Source of the DNA: Catajapyx aquilonaris
Lineage: Eukaryota
Reading direction: 5' to 3'
DNA: 20,000 nt
NCBI GenBank assembly: GCA_000934665.2
Contig: JYFJ02001996.1
Coordinates: 44,780 to 64,779 of the forward strand
The position numbers and the translations under genes were made by a program. Below the pieces are notes generated by a model, which had not been told where the DNA came from, did no database searches, and worked only from the letters and a program-made list of their open reading frames with translations. This document shows positions 17,939 through 20,000 of the stretch, piece after piece; within the stretch, counting starts at the first letter, position 1; each line of letters begins with the position of its first letter.

Positions 17939-20000
17939 TTCCTGGCAGTTTTACTGTTTAGGTTGATGTTGCAGGTATTTTCATTTTCAAGTTATCGTAG
18001 GCCTTGAAGGAATGAAAGAAATTGCACACTCACCTACAAAATTTAATGTTTATGAAGCTAGTATGAGGTTGACTTTGCTGGACTGTGTTTTTTTTCTTCT
18101 TCTTCTTTTCAATAGTGTACTTTATTGCTTCCCTGGAGGATGGACTGGGGTCTAGTAATTTTTGATGAAGACATTTGGATGAATAATAATCTTTGAGAAA
18201 ATGAGTTTTTTAAAATTGACCACATTTTACTTGACTGCCCTTGCCTCTGACATTTGCTTTGTTGAGTGATTCTCTTAATAGGTGACAATGGAGCACATTT
18301 CAATGCAAGGATATACGGTTCATTTACATATATCAACAATGTGCCATCCCACCCAAATTATTTTATACCTAGATATTCCAGTGGTTAAGTGTCACACTGT
18401 TATTAACTGTGATCAAACCCTGATACCTACCATCCTGGCCAAGGTTTTTGTGATTTTCCATCATTCTGGATGAAAGATCATGGCAGCTTTCTTCCCTATT
18501 CATTCTCTTCTGCCTCGTGGCATGAAGGGTGGGGAAGAGCTTTATTTTTCTATATAAGTATTTGGTTTGAAATTTTATTGGCTTTGTTGAGTACAGAAAG
18601 GAGTGATGATCTTCACATTCAGGCATAGCAAAAAAAATTGTGATTGGATTCCGTTGTGATAGCCCTTTTCAGTTGTCATTAAATGTTGACTGTTGAGTAA
18701 TAATGAAATATGTGATTGACACATGATCTAGGCATTATTGTGTCATGTGAATTGCCATTTTGTGATGTTAAGGGACCTACATGCAGTAGCATCTATCCAA
18801 GATTGTATCCAACATTGCCAATATGTGAATGCTCCTTTAGGCAATGGGGCCTCTTATATTTTAGCTGGAAATCTTAAGTTAATAAATGGTACATTTGTGT
18901 CACAGGTTTTCATTTTTGTAATGCGTTCTTGTATAACATAGTATGGCCAGGGTGTGGCTCCTAAAGTTCTGCCAAAAACACCAATACAATTTCATACTGA
19001 CAAATTCTCTCTCTACTGAATGTTATGTGACCATGTCGGGAGGGAAAATTAGTACTATAGAAAGTGAATCTTGGAGGCACAGCTTTAAATTGTGGCCAAG
19101 TAGACAGAATGTGGTATGATACCAGCAATGCTGAATGGTTGCATACTTTGTTTCATGATGAACAAGGAGACAGGACAACATGCACTAGAAAAATGACCAT
19201 TTTGCTCCTGCTGGTATATTTGAACATTGCATGTTGTATTAGCAGTATATCTCAGCTTGGTGACTTATTAACTGACTGATTTCATTTGTGATGTATTTTT
19301 GTGCTCCATCAATGGTCTGAGGTTTGTTAAAGAACAATAACATTTTCAAGTGACCCCTCCAAAAGTTAGCAGAATTTCATAGATAACTCGAGTATGGACA
19401 CCAATTTTTAGGAAATCCTCTTAAGAAACTGAATGGTCACAGATTTAGTTGGAACACTGTCTCAGATGAACCTTTTTTGGTTGATTTATCCAGCTGTCAC
19501 ATGGTATGAGTTGCTAACTCAAGACGACCGCACATGATCTTACAACATGATTGTGTGTACTGGATAATACTATGCATAAAATGATGTAGGCCTACACTCT
19601 GGAAATGAAGGCTGCTGCCCCATTCCAGTTGACTTGGACAGTGAAAACGACTCTTGGGACAATTTACCATTAGTGTTCTTTAATTAAATAAGTGTGAACC
19701 AAGTTACTTCTACCATTCACAATTGATAGGAAATTAAAGTGAAACATCCCACCTACCTGTCTGCCAAGGTGAACACCATGCATTCTGCAAACTTAATAAC
19801 ATCATAAGTGGCATGGCAAACATTGTAATATTTAGAAATATTGGAATTTTTGGTAGCACCTGTCAAGTGCTAGATTCCAGCAGGTCTAATGCATTATCAT
19901 GGGTCTGTTGCAAATTCAGAATTGCAGTACTGTAAAACCTGCCTGGTAACTGACCTTGGATTCAGAAAAAACCTATCCATTATGGAAGTTTTGTTATGTC

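Noticed and set aside
17950..20000. Scattered splice-like sites and short frames (e.g. ~17975-18165, ~19590-19685, a 28-nt minus-strand segment near 19757-19784)
   Set aside because: No recognisable protein or consistent exon chain; cannot be supported without RNA data

Overview
Eukaryotic genomic DNA, probably arthropod (inferred from the 52-69 nt GT-AG introns and the SINE/MITE types). The window holds one complete protein-coding gene on the + strand, an STK11IP/LIP1 (LKB1-interacting protein) orthologue. I reconstructed it by hand as 17 coding exons (4245..14948, 3642 nt, 1213 aa) with all splice phases compatible. Fourteen introns are tiny. Two are inflated by transposons: intron 2 carries a ~1.7 kb foldback element, and intron 9 carries MITEs, three tRNA-derived SINEs and Helentron/DINE-like pieces. 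The flanks are rich in non-autonomous elements: nested TA-site MITEs at 0.5-2.6 kb, pogo-like MITEs, a 111-bp hAT micro-MITE dimer, a 5'-truncated retroposon and a 52-bp-arm palindrome. A solitary cloverleaf tRNA-like sequence lies upstream on the minus strand. No transposase, prokaryotic system or CRISPR array is evident, and I cannot honestly claim a wholly new biological system. The best leads are three stop-free in-frame introns, the intronic foldback hiding a perfect cryptic donor, the tRNA-like element and the micro-transposon architectures.
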